Positions 41,305-55,500 of a stretch of DNA of 64,000 nucleotides are shown here, piece by piece; the stretch's first letter is position 1, and each line of letters starts with the position of its first letter. Under the pieces are notes generated by a model, which did no database searches, had not been told where the DNA came from, and was given only the letters and a program-made list of their open reading frames with translations. Source of the stretch: Octopus sinensis (Eukaryota). The stretch lies in contig NW_021836130.1 of assembly GCF_006345805.1 (NCBI RefSeq), positions 62,001 through 126,000 of the forward strand. Reading direction: 5' to 3'. The position numbers and the translations under genes were made by a program.

Positions 41305-42224
41305 ATATTGAAATTCGGTTCTATTTGACTGTATTAAAAATCTTTCTATTTGTTTTTGCATTTGCTAGTCTTATATTTCTAACTCAGGGTAGGCAAGGAG
41401 TTTTGACAGATTAAACTGAGAGGGGATGTTTTGTAGTATTAAGTTGTCTCTTGTTCACGTCTTGAGTTTCAAGCCAAGAAATACGCTTTGAGATCGCTGT
41501 GAATTTTGTATATCCATTTCCAACAGTCTAAGTAGTCTTTAGTTTTTTCATCTCGGCCAATTCTATACAAATATACACTGAAATGGATCGCAACGTGACA
41601 AAGCAGCATTTTGGGCTGAAGTATTTTTATTCTTAACTTCGGCCGCTTCAAAAGTAAACATTAATTTAAATGACTACTTTAGCTAGTCAAAAATTCATTG
41701 TTTTATGTAAAAGGCGACTGGATTGTTTTTTCCAACTCAAAAAAGTCTGCTTTCCATAAAATAATTCACGTCTTAGTAACAAACTCAAATACTATGCATA
41801 TCTTTAAGAGTGGACCAAGCAAGAAACTAATTTTGATTCATCAAGCAGCAAGAACCTTACTATAAGATGGCTTATTTGATAACTCATTATTTTTCAAACG
41901 ACTTTAAAAGACTTTATTTATAATTCAACATTTATCAAAGAAAAAAGAAATAGACTTTCACTGTTCTTTACATAAGTACATGTACCCCTGAATATTTTCC
42001 ATGTTTTTAATTCAATAATCCTTTCTCCTACATGTTGCTGTCAGCTTAGTACTTTCTAAGAAATATGAAAATTGTTTAATTTGTATTCATCATCATAAAT
42101 TTAAAGCGGAAGTGCCATCAAAAACTAGGGTTTGGTTCAAAGTATTTTTATAGTTTATTTAACTTACATTTTTGCTTACCTTGCAAACAATGAACTCATA
42201 TACCTCTCCCGAAGTGTTTTTATT

Positions 42225-42740
42225 GCGATAATAAAATAACTTGTGATTCTTTGCTCTATAGTTTATAGATTTCTATTTTGTTTTTCATTGGCTTAAAGCA
42301 CTTCCTATCCTCAGCACGGGATTACCACTGGACAATGAATCCTTACCGATCGGGATCTGTTTACGCTTGTGTTGAACATCTGCCAGCCCCACCATTGCCG
42401 GTGCGGGTCCACAATTTCGTAGAACAGCTCCACGCCTTGTCGTGTACAAAGAGTGCCGGTAGAATTTCTCGCCACACTCAACTTTAAAGTCGGCTAGTTT
42501 CCCTTCCATTCTAAGGTCTGTCGGCCTTTCCGGGAGCGACGATAAGCGTCCCGACGGGATGACGACCTTTCCTTCAGGGGACGCAAGTCCCTGGTTTGGA
42601 ACGACACCTGCCTCGACTCCTTCTTGGTGACCATGTTACTCAAAACTTGCAGCAACCCGGGCTTTGCCAGTGATCAGGCCGAAGAGTTAAAGAGTCCAAA
42701 ATACACGATTATTTTGAGTTTGCCCCCTTGCCTTCGAAAG
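42225..42740 (+). mobile_element. Degenerate CRE-like retrotransposon RLE fragment with upstream flank
   Basis: WLKALPILSTGLPLDNES..IGICLRL and DDKRPDGMT..LVWNDTC; the first part is repeated at 44735-44950. Confidence 0.75.
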
Positions 42741-42779
42741 GACAAGGTCACCAATCATAGGAAAGGTTTTGTGACAGCT

Positions 42780-43440
42780 CGGCATTTTCTCTGTTAGATT
42801 TACGCCACAACCACCTTGATATCGAATCTCCTCGTTTTTTCCAGTAGTTTTATAATTCTTGCCTTAGAAGGGGACAAGATTCACCCTTCCAGCCCATACA
42901 TCACCACAGGAAGAATACCAACCTGGAAAATAAATAGCAGGGTCTCCAGGGGCAGGAAAAATTTGATTAGGCACATGCTCATTTATGTACATCGTTTTTT
43001 CCTTAGAATAATGTCTTCGTCACACTTTCCATTTTCAGAAAATTGGACTCCCAGGTATAAAAACGATTAGGTCTTCCGAATAATGTCAATCGTGTATGGT
43101 AAGGTTTTTGCACTTCTACTCGAGTGTGACATCTCAATTGACAGAGTCAAGTAATTCACTGTCACCCACTGTTTTATTTAAGTAGATTTTTAGTTTCATT
43201 CCTGAATTCGCCTGAAAGGCTGCCTCGAACGTAATAATAACGTCATCAGCATAAATAAACACATTTGTTGAGATGCACACATGTTTTGGAAAGTTTTCCA
43301 TATACACTTTAGTTTTTTTCTATGACTTTGGAACTTATCCTCTTTGGAGGCTGGCAGATGGATCTTCTTCCAAAACCACTGCGAGCTGATTGCGGAAGAA
43401 TTCGGTAGTCTCCTCTTGGCTCGACAGGCATCCTCTTGGA
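42780..43440 (-). mobile_element. Degenerate non-LTR RT fragment
   Basis: FIYADDV near 43240-43260 and YLGVQF near 43040-43060. Confidence 0.65.
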
Positions 43441-43567
43441 AAACGCAGGCAAACTTCAAATGTCATCTGAAAAAATCAATTTGTCAATAACAACCTTTAA
43501 ATTTGTAATTACGAAAGTCAATTTTGCATATAAGAAATTTTCGTCAAAATACATCGAAAATTGTTTG

Positions 43568-44652
43568 ATGCCTGAAAAAACAAGATATCGAAAATACAAT
43601 GATGATACAAAAAAAATAATAATTGAAGCACATTAAAATTTTGGCGATTGGCAGTCTCTATGCTCCTCTCCTGGAGTTAATTTGAGAACAGCTTATCTTT
43701 GGATTGAAAATAAAGATAAAGAAAGACATCCAAGAGGAGGTAAAAGACATTCAAAAAAATCAAATAAATATAAATGAATTAATCAGTTGGATTGAAACTG
43801 ATCCTCAGATCACTTTGAAAGAATGCGCGGAGAAAATACGAAAAAATTATTCAATGTCTGTGTCGGTTACAACAGTAAAAAATTGGCTTGATGGGGAATT
43901 AATTTCTCTCAAAACCTGTTGACCAATAGTTGCAAACGTAAATTCACCTGAAAATAAAGAAAAAAGAATATATTATTTGGATTGCTTGTTTAAAGCAAGG
44001 TCTCCTGGAAGAACTTTAATTTGGATCGATGAATCCAATTTTAATTTATATTGTAAGAGAAAAGAAGAACGATCAAAAATAGGATCTCGTTCTTTTGTCA
44101 TTACTCCAAATTCGAGAGGCTCTAACTTACATTGTATAAGTGCAATGTCTGCTTCAACATTGTTTAATTTTCATTCAAAAGAGGTTCTTACAGAGGAGAA
44201 GATTGTAAAAAATGGATGAAAGAGTTAATTAATGAATGCAGGTCTTCAGGCGTACAAGATCCCACTTTTATAATTGACAATGCTCCTGTTCACAATCAAT
44301 TGGAATCAGTTGTTGATCAAGAAGAAAATATTGAACTTTTACGATTGGCTTTATGTTCCTACTTATTAAACCCAATCAATTGGCCTGGAGTACTTTCAAA
44401 GCAGAAGTAAAAAAAATGCTAAGAGAAAAGATGCCAATAATTCTCGAATATAACAAAACTTCGGATGGTTCTTCAATTTTTGAATATAGGCTAAAAATGT
44501 TGGAAGAAATCGCAGGAGAGGCAAAAAAGGTTCTAACGCCACAAAAATTAATGGGATTTGTTAACCGGGTTGAAAGGTATTATCCCCAAGTTACTCGTGG
44601 TGAAGACCTTTTTTCAGCACAGGTAGCACGTATTTACATTTTGTTGGCGTAA
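43568..44652 (+). mobile_element. Frameshifted Tc1/IS630-type transposase
   Basis: HTH region (WIETDPQITLKE..SVSVTTV) and DDE motifs IWIDESNF, IIDNAPVH, LNPI; no TIRs recognised. Confidence 0.8.
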
Positions 44653-44734
44653 AGTATTAACTTATAGTTTGAGTATAAGTTAATACTTAATTTACATTAT
44701 TATTTACTTCGCGAACAAAAAACTCTTTTACTTC

Positions 44735-44980
44735 GATAATAAAATAAGTTGTGATTCTTTGCTTTATAGTTTAAAGATTTCTATTTTTTTTTTATTGGAT
44801 CAAAGCACTTCCTATCCCCAGCACGGGATTACTACTGGACGATGAATCCTTACGGATCGGGATCTGTTTACGCTTGGACTTGAACATCTGCGAGTCTCAC
44901 CCTATGTATTTCGGACTCTTTGAGTTTGTCTCCCTTGCCTTCGAAACCTCAGGAATCGTCGGCAAGGCCGCGACTCAAAA
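44735..44980 (+). repeat. Second, internally deleted copy of the 42225-42740 segment
   Basis: Shared gataataaaataa..gtgattctttgct..aaagcacttcctatcc..gatcgggatctgtttacgctt..cccttgccttcgaaa. Confidence 0.85.
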
Positions 44981-45072
44981 AATATTTTTCGTTAAATAAA
45001 AAGAAATTGTGGATTTTTAAATTTATTAAATAAACTGAGGAATTTTTTAATGAAACCAAAGAACAAAATTGA

Positions 45073-46051
45073 TCATTCAGCAATATCTTCGAGATAGGTT
45101 ATAAGGGATGTGAGGCCATTTATATAGTTCATGTCTAACTCATTAGAAGGCAATGCATGAGCAAAGTCAATCATTTTTATTTCAATCTGCTCTTCCTTGC
45201 ATTCTTTGAAATCAGTTTCATAAATTATTAAAATTGATGTTGCGATAAATCTCCACGTTTTTTGAATTTCGAAAATTTTTAGGAGCTCTTTCAGTTTTTG
45301 TATTACAATTTTTAAATATTCTCTCCCATTTGCGAAAAAAAGACTCAATGCTGTAATTATTAATAAAATAAATATTTTTCACCATTACGAGTTGTTTCGG
45401 GTGTAAGCTGAAGGCCATATTCCTTATCGTAAACGTCGTAATAATCAAACCGGCACCATCTCTTTAGAATTTAAGTATTGACACAAAAACCCTCATTCCG
45501 CATATTCGAAATTTGATGATATCTGCAAATGGAAATTTTTTCATCTTTTTTTCCCTTTGAAGCTCAGATTCCCATGTGACTTGACCAATTTTGATATCAA
45601 TTAATGAAGGATTCTGAAATTTTGCTGATAGATCTTCGAGACAAACATAATCTAAAATTAATTATTTATTAATTGTTAAATTACAATTCTCAGATTCTTT
45701 ACAATATACAGTATAAAAATAATCTGCAGTGAATGTATACAAAAGATTTTGTATACTACCAATCGGAGCTTGTGAAACTGTTTTGTAGTAATTTGTTTCC
45801 ATAATTCCTCGATTATCATTTTTTAACTTTTTTAATAACTTTCCTTCTCCATAACTAAGAAATTCTAATATTTAAACAAAATTTGTGATACTACCATCCT
45901 TTTCCCCTTTAGAGCTTATTCCTGCAACCTGATGAAAATATGGTTTTGTTTCTTTTAAGAGTACAACTTCCTAATTTACAATTTTTAATAATATAATAAA
46001 TATTTACTTGGAATTCTTGCTGCATTTAGAATATATAGTAGTTGATTTCAT
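45073..46051 (-). CDS. IPMK: Inositol polyphosphate kinase, IPMK-like
   Basis: HQVAG, LEDL...PSLIDIKIG (PxxxDxKxG), FIATSILIIYE, KMIDFAH, D.NYINGL. Confidence 0.8.
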
Positions 46052-47829
46052 ATTTATAAATAGTGAAAAACATTGATTTCAACAATTATCCTATATTGAA
46101 TTCATTAAAGATTCATTCATTCAAATTTAAATCGAAATTACTACCCTGAATGCTGAATGCATTTTAATTTTTTGAATTCTAATTTATTAAGAATTCATAA
46201 ATATAAAGCACACTAATTATAACTTCATTACTATGTATTAAAGCACATTCAAGGGAGAAATTTAAATAATGGTACAGAAAAGTGATTCAAATCATGTGTA
46301 AAAAAATTTTAATAATATTATTAGTAATTACGTCAAAAAAAAATATTATGCTATAAAATACTAGAAATACATTTGGTGTTTTAAAAAGCTTTTATTTTAT
46401 GTTTTTAGGACAATTTTGTCAATTTTAATTGTTCAATTATTATTTTCATGCTTAAATTTACAAAATCCTCTCATTATAAAGTCTTGAGAATCATCCATGA
46501 ATGTTTCAATTATTCCTGGTTAAATTTTACATTGCAATATATCCAACATTCGCGTAGCATTCCGTAATAATGGTCTGTAGAAAAAACAGATTGGCGAATT
46601 TATTTCAGCAAATATTCTATTTTATAACCTACGGAATCCTTTCTAAGTAATTTTTTTAAATAATATTGGATTTGAATTCAGATTCAAAATGTCGAAAAAA
46701 TGTCAAAATTTTGGCCGAGAAACGTATTATTGATAAAATAGAATTGTTAGTTAATGAAAAGATTTTCTTAATTGTAGATGAAACTGACCCCTGTAAATAA
46801 AATTTTTTAAATATTCTCATTGAAAAAATAACGGATTTTCAAATCAACAATCTTATTACATAGCATTAAAATTGTTGCCAAATGCATCAGTTGTATTCCA
46901 GACTTTGGATGGGACGATTAAAAGTGAAAAGACTAGGAAGTACTTCACAGTTCATTCAGCTTCAATTCAACTGGAAGTTAAAGAAAAATGACTTTCCCTC
47001 ATTTTAATTGTACGTTAGACTTTTATAAGCATGTAGTCATCAGATAGGTGCTAAAAGCCTTTATCGTTTTTGAATTGTGAATTGAGAGTTCTTGTTTTCG
47101 AACATCTACAAATCGAGCCGTTTTGCAAGTTTTATTAAAATTTTTGAATTAATAAAATAATAACACTGGAAAAACAGAAACCAAAAATAATAATGTGATA
47201 TTATGGTGTCGTCGGTTTATGTCCCTTCCAACTAAAAGGGCTAAAATAAGGGTCTTTTATGTGTAATTTCTCGAAGTCATTCGTTGGATTGATATTTTTT
47301 GATCTATCAAGTGATTGATAGGCATCGTTTCTTGCATGTTCTTCATTAGCACTTCTCTGATTTTCCCCAGAATTACTTTCTTCGTCAAAATTCTCCCAGC
47401 AGTCTTTCTTATTGATTTAAGGGAAATATGGAATCAATATTCTCCACTTGTCAATTTTCTTAGTGATATTGAGTTCACTAACTTTTGTATCCAGAGAGCT
47501 TTCAATTTCCTGGGTAAACGAAAATACTTGTAGAATAAACGAATATTTCGAGCCAAAAATGAATTCAAATGAAATTTTGAAAATTTTTAAGAGATGAGGA
47601 ATTTTTTGCCTTTGAAAAAGTTGAAACTGTACTTTACTTATAAAAAATGTAAATTGATGTGGAAAAAATGATGGGATTATTCCAGTGTCCCTTTCACTAC
47701 GTACTAATAAACGAAGATCCAGTCGTGTTCCGTTATTAGAAAAATACATTTCTGGACAAATTAAATATGTCAATTATTCCTTTAATAAAGAAAATGAATA
47801 CATAAACAATTTTTTATAGCCGGAAAAAT

Positions 47830-48180
47830 CAAAATTACAAACCATCAATTCGGCGTAAATTCAATCACGCATATTCCAAAAATGCATCATACCTACCATA
47901 AAATACGGGGGAGAAAGTATCATGTTATGTGGCTTTTTCATCAACTATATGTAATAGATAGAATAATGAATTCAGTCAAATATTGCAAAATCCTAGAAAA
48001 ATATATTTTACATTCAGATCACCAAATTAAAGTTAATACAACACATTCCAGTTGACAAGGATCCAAAACAAAACTCCAAAATGACTGCTAAATGTTTGCT
48101 AAAAACGAAATAAATGTTTTGGAATGACCAAATCAATCGCCAGACTGCAATTTAATCGAACATTTATGAAAAATTTCAAA
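47830..48180 (+). mobile_element. Decayed Tc1 transposase DDE fragment
   Basis: TIKYGGESIMLCGFF, MNSVKYCKIL, DKDPKQ. Confidence 0.6.
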
Positions 48181-48475
48181 AATAAAAGTTAATTTAAGAA
48201 ACCCGAAAAATACTCACAAATTGAAAACAATCTGCTATAAAAAATAAAAAAATAATACAACTTACAAATCCTTTGGTCAATAAAGTATTTAAAAAGCATA
48301 TTCTTCCTTAAAAAAATATGTATTTTAAATATTACATACACGATCTTTTCCTGAATAGATTTACTTAAATGCACTTTTATTAATAACAACCCAATTTAAA
48401 ACCTATTTTCAAAACACACAGCCTAAACTGACCAACGAAAAGAAACAAGAATTAATGAATAAGAAAGAGTACGTC

Positions 48476-48988
48476 CTAATTAGCCATGATTGTCCTGGTA
48501 CATTTCCCACATGTGCTCCTATTTTTGTGTTTGGCCATCATGGATGCAGGCCCACATTCAGGATTGGGGCACCGATCTCTCAACAACGTGACTTCTCCGT
48601 CGTTGTTGACTTTGTAGTATTTCAGAGCAGCCATCACGACTTTCTTTCTTTTGTGTTTCCTCTTCTTTGGCGTGGTGTGCTTTTTGGATTTCTTCTTCTT
48701 CTTTCCTCCCAGGAGGGGCACAAATTGATGGAGGGTTGACAGATCCTTTATTCCATACGAATCCAACGAACAATCTGCACTCAATGTTGAACCCTTGTGG
48801 CTAATATACACCTCATTGAGTGAAATTCCTTTAAATGTTCGAGAATTAAACGGAACCTGTCTTTATGGAAATTTGTTCAAGCAATGTTCGAGTCTGGTCG
48901 GTCTCTGAGACCTAGATTAGATGGATTAACTGAGGATTACATTACAGCACAGTGTTCCTTGAGAGGGGGTCTTGACGAATATCTGCAT
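48476..48988 (-). CDS. RPS27A: Ribosomal protein eS31/S27a fused to a highly diverged ubiquitin-like domain
   Basis: Introns 48912-48940 and 48829-48856; a 76-aa UBL ending LLGG is followed by KKHTTPKKRKHKRKKV..LKYYKV and a C4 zinc finger. Confidence 0.93.
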
Positions 48989-49370
48989 AGTTTGGAGCTC
49001 ACTAGAACACAATAATACACGTGGTATTTATTAATTAATAAAATATCATATTTATGAAAATATTTAACATTAATAAGCTTTTATTTAAAATCTATTTCTT
49101 CACTTGTTCACTTTTATTTAAAATATAGTTTGGTTGACCAGTTATTGGAATATAGTCGGTACCCCCAGTTTGTGACGATAAAAAATCTTTAACAAATACT
49201 TCTAATTTATTTTTTACTTAATTTTTTTGAGGGACCAAAGCTCGGGTTTTATATTAATAGACTTTGTGATAAAATCTGAAAAGTAAAACTAAAAAAAATC
49301 TTCATTTATAAATTTATATACATTAAAAATAGATAAACAAAAAACACAAACAACACGTAAAAAAACAGAA

Positions 49371-51117
49371 TTATAAAATAGAAATTTCAATAATCTTCTC
49401 ATTTTGTCGGCACATAATTTTACAATTTTTGCAAAGAACTGATAAAATATTTACAAAAAACTCACCCAACAAACTCGAGAAATATCTCGCTGCAGTTTTT
49501 CGACTGTTCCGTGTTGGAGGACAAATTTGGTCGAATGTAGTGACCCCCCTCAGAAATGACTGTTCCTTACATTTCTCCAACACTCTCTCATCAAATGTGG
49601 ACGTGGCAGAACTATTAAGCGACGTTTCAGTCAATTCGGGGATTTGAATACTTCGTTCAGTTTTAGAATTAAAACTTCTGTTATCAATTTTCAAGTCAAA
49701 ATTACATTGGTTCATAATTTGTTAGAATTGCAGGAGATTTGTGAAATCTTTCACTTGGTTCTTCTTCTTCACTTTGCATTCTCCTTGCCACCTCAATGCT
49801 GTTATATTTCACCATTTTTCCGCGTTTCGGAAAATGGATTACAATCGGTGGAGACCAAAGGTTATTAAAGTTTTCTAAAAGTTGATTTATTGTTAAAAAG
49901 ACTGGCAAATTTGCTTGAAAGTGTTTCAAATGACAAAGGAAGTTCGTGATTAACCAATTTAAGTTTTTTACTTGTTGATTCAGCTCTGTTTTTATTTTCT
50001 TTTAATTTGTCAATGCTGTAGTTAGTCACTTGATCTACAATTAGTCTTTAGTTTTCCGAACACACCTCTTGACTTGCTAAAGAGTCAATTTTATAAAATT
50101 AATTTAATTATTCTACAAATTTATACTACAAGTGCTATTCAAATGTGACAAATTCACTACTTGACTTATTAAGTGTATAATTCTCACTTACCGATTCTCT
50201 GGGTTGACTGAGCTCGATTCCCTGACTGATGGACATTCCCTGAAGGCCCAATGCCTCGTCCAAAGGTCGGTTTCTTTTTGGAATTGGAGTATTTGGTTGC
50301 TCATTTCTAACACTTTGGGGTCTTTTGATGGACTTGTGTCGGAAATGGAGGAGATTTGTTCTTGATTTTGTAATTCGTTGAGGAGACTTTGGAATTCTTC
50401 TTCGTTTAAGGGGGGAATAATGTCTTGATTGTATTGGATTGTATTTCTGCTGAAATTTTCTTCTTGAAGTGTTATTAATTGTTGGTTAACCGTGTACAAA
50501 TCTAAAAAGAGCGGGAAAATTATTTTGAATGACGTGGTGGAATTAATTAAATATATAATAAATTAAAATACCCATAGAATCGGTGATTTCGTCCTAAGAA
50601 TAAATATAGTGAACTAAAACCAGATAATTAAAGTCAAAATAATTGTTCTGGTCTTCATCGCGAATAAAAAACTCTTTTCTTTTAACTCTCTGTCTCCGAA
50701 TAGGCCTCTTTGTGGGAGTAAAACTGGCAGACAAGTGCCTCGAGTAGAAAGATCGAGTAAAGGACTTGATGTCGGCTAGGAAATTTAATGATTTGCTTAC
50801 TTATCAGGTATTCGATTTGCTTAGAGTAAACTCGGACTACTCCAATGACTAATTTGGCCGAAAGATATAAAGAGAAGCGAGTCTTTCTCCTCCCACGCTC
50901 TGTGTCGAGGAGACCAAGGACATGGGCAGCCAATTCCTCGCTAAATGAATATTTTTGTACAGAAAAACCAATTTTCTACAATATTGGTCTTGTTATATTC
51001 GAGTTTTGAGATTCTCCCACTTTTGGTGGCAGCGATCCTTAAATATGTGGCTAATTAGTACCAAATAATTCCAAATTTTCCTGTCCTTCTTTGTAAAAGT
51101 TGATGTATGTAGAACAT
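49371..51117 (-). CDS. REC8: Meiotic cohesin kleisin REC8
   Basis: MFYIHQLLQRRTGKFGIIW|IAAT..RFSLYLSAKLVIGVVRVYSKQ; C-terminal SRKTAARYFSSLL. Confidence 0.85.
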
Positions 51118-52525
51118 TTTGATCAAATTTGTATTCAGATTTGATTTAAAATTTAAAATATTTATTTGTAAATGGTAAGCCAAAGATAAAATAGTATACA
51201 TTTTTAATATAAATTAATTATAATAATAAATAAAATTTTTGTTATAAAATTGAAATATGTAATAATTTTTTAAATCTTCAAAAAATTAATAAAATTGTTC
51301 ACTTTAAATCAAAATCTAAATATTTGTTAACTAAAAATAACAAATTATTATATCCCAACAATCTCAACTACTTTAATAACTAAAAAACTGTGATTTTACT
51401 TTTTTTGATTAATTTACTAATTAATCGATTTAATTAAAGTCGCTAAAATCATTCAAACTCTAAAAATCGTACTCAAATTCATTCGTTCTAAATGCTCTCA
51501 GAATTTATTTATTAAATTAAATTGAAAATATTTATGATTGAAGACTTTTTAGAAAGCACGAATTAGTATTATTTTATTTATCCAATGCCTTCTCTAAGAC
51601 ATTCAGACTATTTTTCCAAACATTTTTTTCATTTATATTTCAATGAGAAAAGAAGTTAAATTCGAGTTTCGATCTTTGTTTAGACGCTCTCCTAAGTTTA
51701 GTCTATGGAGTATCAAGTCCCACGGATTGTCTTTAATACATTCATGTAATTTTGCTTATCTTAGGCAAATTTTTTGCTTGCTCTGAGTACGTTCAGAGGA
51801 CTGGCAAAAACAAAATTTTTTAATTTGAGCATGTCTTTTGGAGCGGTTTATGTATTTTTTAATTTACTATTCTCGAACGTCACTCCAAAATAAGGTAGCT
51901 CTTGCACAAATGGACTCTCCAAGGTTAGTCTTAAAAACAAAACTTTCACAAAACCCCGCTGACCAAATAACATTTAAAAAACTAAACATTCTGCTAGAAG
52001 AATGGTTCTCAAGTATGAATCCTCTTTAACATGAAGTGTAGTAAATGTGACAGTCTGATAAAATTTCAAAACTACTTAATTGTAGATGCAAACTACTTCA
52101 ATCGGAATCTGTAAAAGATTTGATTTTAAAAATCAAAGAATTTTTACTTATTTTATGTTTACAAACATCAAATACAATTCCAGCCAAATCAGAACCAGTT
52201 ATTCAAATTTCTAAGGCGTAAAGACTTTAAAATTGTCCAGAATATTCTAAATTCTAAATTATAAGGACTCAAAGGACCCTACATTATTAAAGGTAGTCTT
52301 GTAAATCATAAATTTTCTCTAGAGAACGTAAATTAATATTAAATCAAATTTAGATTATTTTCATGCAAAGTTAAAACATTGTTTTTTAAGCAGATAAAAA
52401 TCATAGAGGAAGCTGATAATAAAAATGTTGTGTTGAACTGATTTTATTTTTTTAAAATAGAATAATTTTAACGATATTTTAATATAAAATTGTTTCTATG
52501 GAATCGTAACAATTCTGGATATATA

Positions 52526-55500
52526 ATGGAGGAATCATACCGTCCGCTATTTTTAGCTCAAGTATAGTTGGTTTGAATGTTTACAGTTTAAAGACAAGCT
52601 TGGTTAAGTCTCTAAATGTGTATAAGACAAGAAAAAAAAGTCTACAGAACAACGAGATGATATTAACTGTTGCTGATCGGAAAATCCAGACTCAGCATAA
52701 GTGAAATATTATTTGCTATTATTTTAAGTGATTTAATCAAAGAACAACAAGAAAATATTGACTCTGTAAAAAAGTTGCCAAAAATTAATTCTCCGTCTAC
52801 AAGAATGCCTTCAAAATATATCAAACAATATAACGAAAATAAGAAAGAACGGTGAACGATATTATAATATAAACAGACACGAAAACGAATTGAAGCAACA
52901 TGAAAATAAATCTCTCCTCATCCAGAATGTAGAATCTATTTACCTCAATATTTATAGGAATTGTACCATCAAGTGAAATCAATATGCAACAAATTGACAG
53001 AATCATCACATCAATATAAAAAGGAAATTGAGGACATTTCAAATTCTCTAGAAGAAGTAATAATTTATATTTATTTAGAAAAACGACATGGAATATGACC
53101 AACTTCCTCAACGGAAAATTCAGCTAGAAAGTCTAATGGAAAAAAGAGAAATGATTATTTTATCGTTTTATGACGAATTAAAACAATTGGAGAATAGACG
53201 ACTCAAATCAGTATGTGCTAAATTATTATTTTCAAAGATGATTGATTTATTTACACAAACCAAAAAAAATCTAATCGCCATTGCACACATTCTCCCCCAA
53301 CAAGTCGACGATATTTTGGACGAAAAGTCACTAGTATCAGAAACATAATTAAATATTCAGTTATTCAATTTATCTGTAGTATCAAATCTCAAAAAATATG
53401 AAAATGTGCGAAAAGCACTAAAAATGAGAGATATCGAGATTAAACATATTATGTTGGAAAAATGGACCATAGTAAAGAGTAATTTACGGAATGACAAGAT
53501 GGAGATTGCAATAAAACAATTTCTGTAAAATATATTGTGTAACGTTGTAGTGAGCAAATTGAAGGCGTATCATTCAACATGTATGATATATATAAAGAAA
53601 CTTTACAAAATTATGTAAATAGATTTGCTCAAATAAATAAACAAATTTTATTCATTTTTGAAACTCTTGGGTTTATTGTGGATTAATTTAAAATATGCAG
53701 TTCGTCGGGATTTGATAAAATTCGCGAACAAACCGAAAATGCGGCCTTCCAAATTACAGAAATTGATAAAGAATATGGTCATCGATAATAAAGAACTATT
53801 TATAGAAAATACATTTGTTGAACTTAAAGAAGAACTGAATTTGTTAAAATCTGAGAGAATTCTAGAAATGAAAAACAGGAAAGACGAGTTTATGGTAAGT
53901 TGTACATATAAATTCAAAGACTTCTTTGGACAATATCTTTTCCGTCGAAGAGGCAGAACAACGAATAGAAGACTTTAATAATTCATTTATGAGCATATTA
54001 AGACGAAAAACTTTAATTTGGAATAATGATGCAACTGTTCTGATGGTAAGTATTTCAAATGTATTTTTTCAGAAAAAAATTAAAATATTTCAAAAAAACA
54101 TGTCCAAAAAAATATCCGAAACCGTTCAATTCACAGAAAAAGCTATCCTTCTTTGGAATAATGGAGAAACGAAGTTGAATTCATCCTTCGATGAAATGAA
54201 TCAAACAATGCTCCGTGATATAACAGAAAATCGAGAATATTTAGAAGTATATTATTTACATTTTTTTCTTTGGAAATTGAAAATAACATCACAAAATATA
54301 TCGAGGATATGCGAGAGGATTACACACAAGATCAGCTCAACAACAATTTCACTAAGGCAGTGGAATATTTGAATAACATTAAATCAAGGTATTTTGTTTT
54401 AGTATTTTTAGCTACGAAAATTTTGGAAAAAATCAAATAAAATTTCTCAAATCTTACCCGGGAACAATACGGACAATTTTACGCGAAATTCATAGATCGA
54501 TTACAGAATTTTTTCAAAATCGAAAAACAAGTCATCAATTGACCAGATCAGATACAATCACTGAAAATATTAAAAGAAAAATGATAGAAAATTTTCAGGA
54601 AAGTCTGACAATCTCTGACTTGTTTTTTACTGATGTAGCAGAAAGGTCTGAAATATTTTAATAACTCTAAAGATTGAAAAAATTGTTCAAAAGTAAATTT
54701 TCTGAATGGAAAATCGAGGTGGAAGAAAAAACCAAAGATATCGTAGAGTTTAAGGTCTTACTTTAAATTAAATTTTAAAGAGTGAGGAAGTCAAATCAGA
54801 ACTTCAAATAAAATTGAATCTACTAAAACCCCGTCAGAAACGCATTGAAATCGATATTTATCGATTCCGAGTTGGTTAGCTTTGCAATGCTAAATAAGTA
54901 AGATCAAATCAATCAACATTATGAACAACTTAATAAATTTTGTGGGAATGTGCGTGAGCTGTTGAAAAACATATCAGAAGAATTTAGTCGGGTAGAAGAA
55001 ACTCAGTGCAATACTGTGAACAAGCTTCAAAACCACGTGATTAAACTCGAGACCATACTGGACAACACCTATCACATTTCCAAGTTGCCAAGAACTAAGA
55101 AATTTACTAGATTCTCAAAAGTGAGCGAGTATTATGAAATGGAGATGGAAAACTGTTCAAAAACAATAAAATCTTCATTTCGTAATTTTCGAACAAGTTT
55201 AGAACAGTGTAGTCAGGAGTGCAGAGAAAAAACATATTCTCTCGTACAGTCTTTCAAGTTTTCTCTGAATTGATTTTGTAGGCTGATCTGTGACGGAGGG
55301 ACATTTAGTTCTGGAGAAGTTGGTTTGTACCGTCAACAGATTCACAAAATATCCCAAGAAATTGACAACACTGAATTGGAAATATTGGACCAATTAGAGG
55401 CGACTGAATCTAAACGAATGTTACAATATTCCCGAATTTGCTCCGAATGTCACAATTTGTTTAGTTTATTTACTAATTAAGCTAGACTTGGTGAACATTC

